From NCBI RefSeq assembly GCF_963921235.1, contig NC_086108.1:116934001-116998000 (forward strand): a stretch of DNA of 64,000 nucleotides. Reading direction: 5' to 3'. Source of the stretch: Mobula hypostoma (taxonomy: Eukaryota). Of this stretch, positions 62,584-64,000 are shown in pieces (position 1 is the stretch's first letter; every line of letters starts with the position of its first letter). The notes beneath the pieces were generated by a model. That model saw only the letters and a program-made list of their open reading frames with translations, had not been told where the DNA came from and did no database searches. The position numbers were made by a program, and so were the translations under genes.

Positions 62584-63790
62584 GCTGCTCACCAAATTAA
62601 GAGCCCACGGTATTACAGGAAGGTTACTAAACATGGTTATAGCATTCCCTGATTGATAGGAGACAGCGAATGGCAATAAAAGGATCCTTTTCTGGTTGCC
62701 TGCCAGTGATGAGTGGTGTTATGCAGAGGTAGGTGTTGGGATCACTTCTTTTTATGCTGTATATAAATGATTTAGATAATGGAATAGATGGCTTTGTTGT
62801 CAAGTTTGCAGATGATATGAAGATTGGTGGAGGGGCAGATAGTGTTGCAGAAACAGGTAGGGTGCAGAAGGATTTAGACAGACTAGGAGAATGGGCAAGA
62901 GAGTAACAAATGAAATAGCATGTTGGAAAATGCATGGTCATGCACTTTGGTTGTAGAAATAAATATGCGGATTATTTTCTAAATGGGGAGAAAATCCAGG
63001 AAACTGAGATGAAGATGGACTTCGGAGTCCTTGTGCAGAACACCCTGAAGGTTAGCTTACAGTCTGAGACAGTGGTGAGGAAGGCAAATGCAATGTTAGC
63101 ATTCATTTCAAGAGGTCTAAAATACAAGAGCAGGGATGTGATGCTGAGGCTTTATAAGGCACTGGTGAGGCCTCACCTTGAGTGTTATGAATATTTTTGG
63201 GCTCCTCATCTAAGGAAAAATGTGCTGTCGTTGGAGAGAGCTCAGAGAAGGTTCACAAGGATGATTCTGGGAATTTTTGATGGCTCTTGGTCTGTGGTAA
63301 TAAATTCCACAAATTTACACCCTCTGGCTAAAGAAATTTCTTCTCTTATCTTTTTTAAATGGAAGCCCCTCTATCCTGAGGCTGTGCTCTCCTGTCCTAG
63401 ACTCCCCCACCATGGGAAACATCCTTTCCACATCTTCTCTGTCCAGGCCTTTTAACTTTCAAAAGGGTTCAGTGAGATCCCCATCTGCTTATTCTTCTGA
63501 ATTCCAGTGAGTATACACCCATAGCCATCAAATGTTCTTCGTATGATAAAACTTTCATTTCCAGAATCATCCTTGTGAACCTCGTTTGAACCCTTGCCAA
63601 TGCCAGCACATCTTTTCTTTGATGGGGAGCCCAAAAATGTTCACAGTACACAAGGTGAGGCCTCACCAGTGCCTTATAAAGCCTCAGCATCACATCCCTG
63701 CTCTTGTATTCTAGACCTCTTGAAATGAATGCTAACATTGCAATTGCCTTCCTCACCACTGTCTCAAACTGTAAGCTAACCTTCAGGGTG
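62584..63790. mobile_element. CR1 RT fragments in an inverted arrangement
   Basis: Plus-strand RT at about 62584-63270. Minus-strand copy at about 63290-63790 shares about 230 bp with it. Confidence 0.82.
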
Positions 63791-64000
63791 TAAAGACAGT
63801 AAGGTAGAAGGGCTGAAATGTGTGTACCTCAATGCAAGAAGCATCAGGAACAAAGGTGATGAACTGAGAGCTTGGATACATGCATGGAATTATGATGTAG
63901 TGGCCATTACAGAGACTTGACTGGCACCAGGGCAGCAATGGATTCTCAATATTCCTGGATTTCAGTGCTTTAAAAGGGATAGAGAGGGCGGAAAAAGGGG
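63791..64000 (+). mobile_element. CR1 endonuclease start, same subfamily as 1-690
   Basis: Near-identical reverse complement of about 185-395 (KDSKVEGLKCVYLNARSIRNKGDELRAWIH). Confidence 0.87.

Noticed and set aside
52882..64000. Preceding collagen exon (...KGEPAxxEP)
   Set aside because: Not found. The region is accounted for by CR1, MITE and ERV sequence.

Overview
Eukaryotic, vertebrate DNA, most likely from a cartilaginous fish such as a ray (inferred from the CR1/Penelope/V-SINE repeat content). The window lies inside one minus-strand clade-B fibrillar collagen gene (type XI alpha chain, COL11A1/COL11A2-like). Six short phase-0 exons of 42, 63, 75, 84, 57 and 54 bp (375 bp total) encode the minor helix, the N-telopeptide and the start of the major triple helix. 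The introns (3-14+ kb) are almost entirely repeats: many nested CR1 LINE fragments, an L1 3' end, Rex1 and RTE fragments, V-SINEs, a Penelope-like element with a minimal hammerhead ribozyme, two palindromic mariner-derived MITEs, a Charlie-type hAT derivative, a solo LTR, and several satellite/minisatellite arrays. There is also a deleted two-LTR endogenous retrovirus with a tRNA-Leu PBS, 5-bp TSD, two Gag zinc knuckles, protease, and RT/IN remnants. Most ORFs in the supplied track are retroelement remnants or low-complexity artefacts. Family assignments come from motif recognition and memory, not database searches. Boundaries of degraded repeats are approximate.
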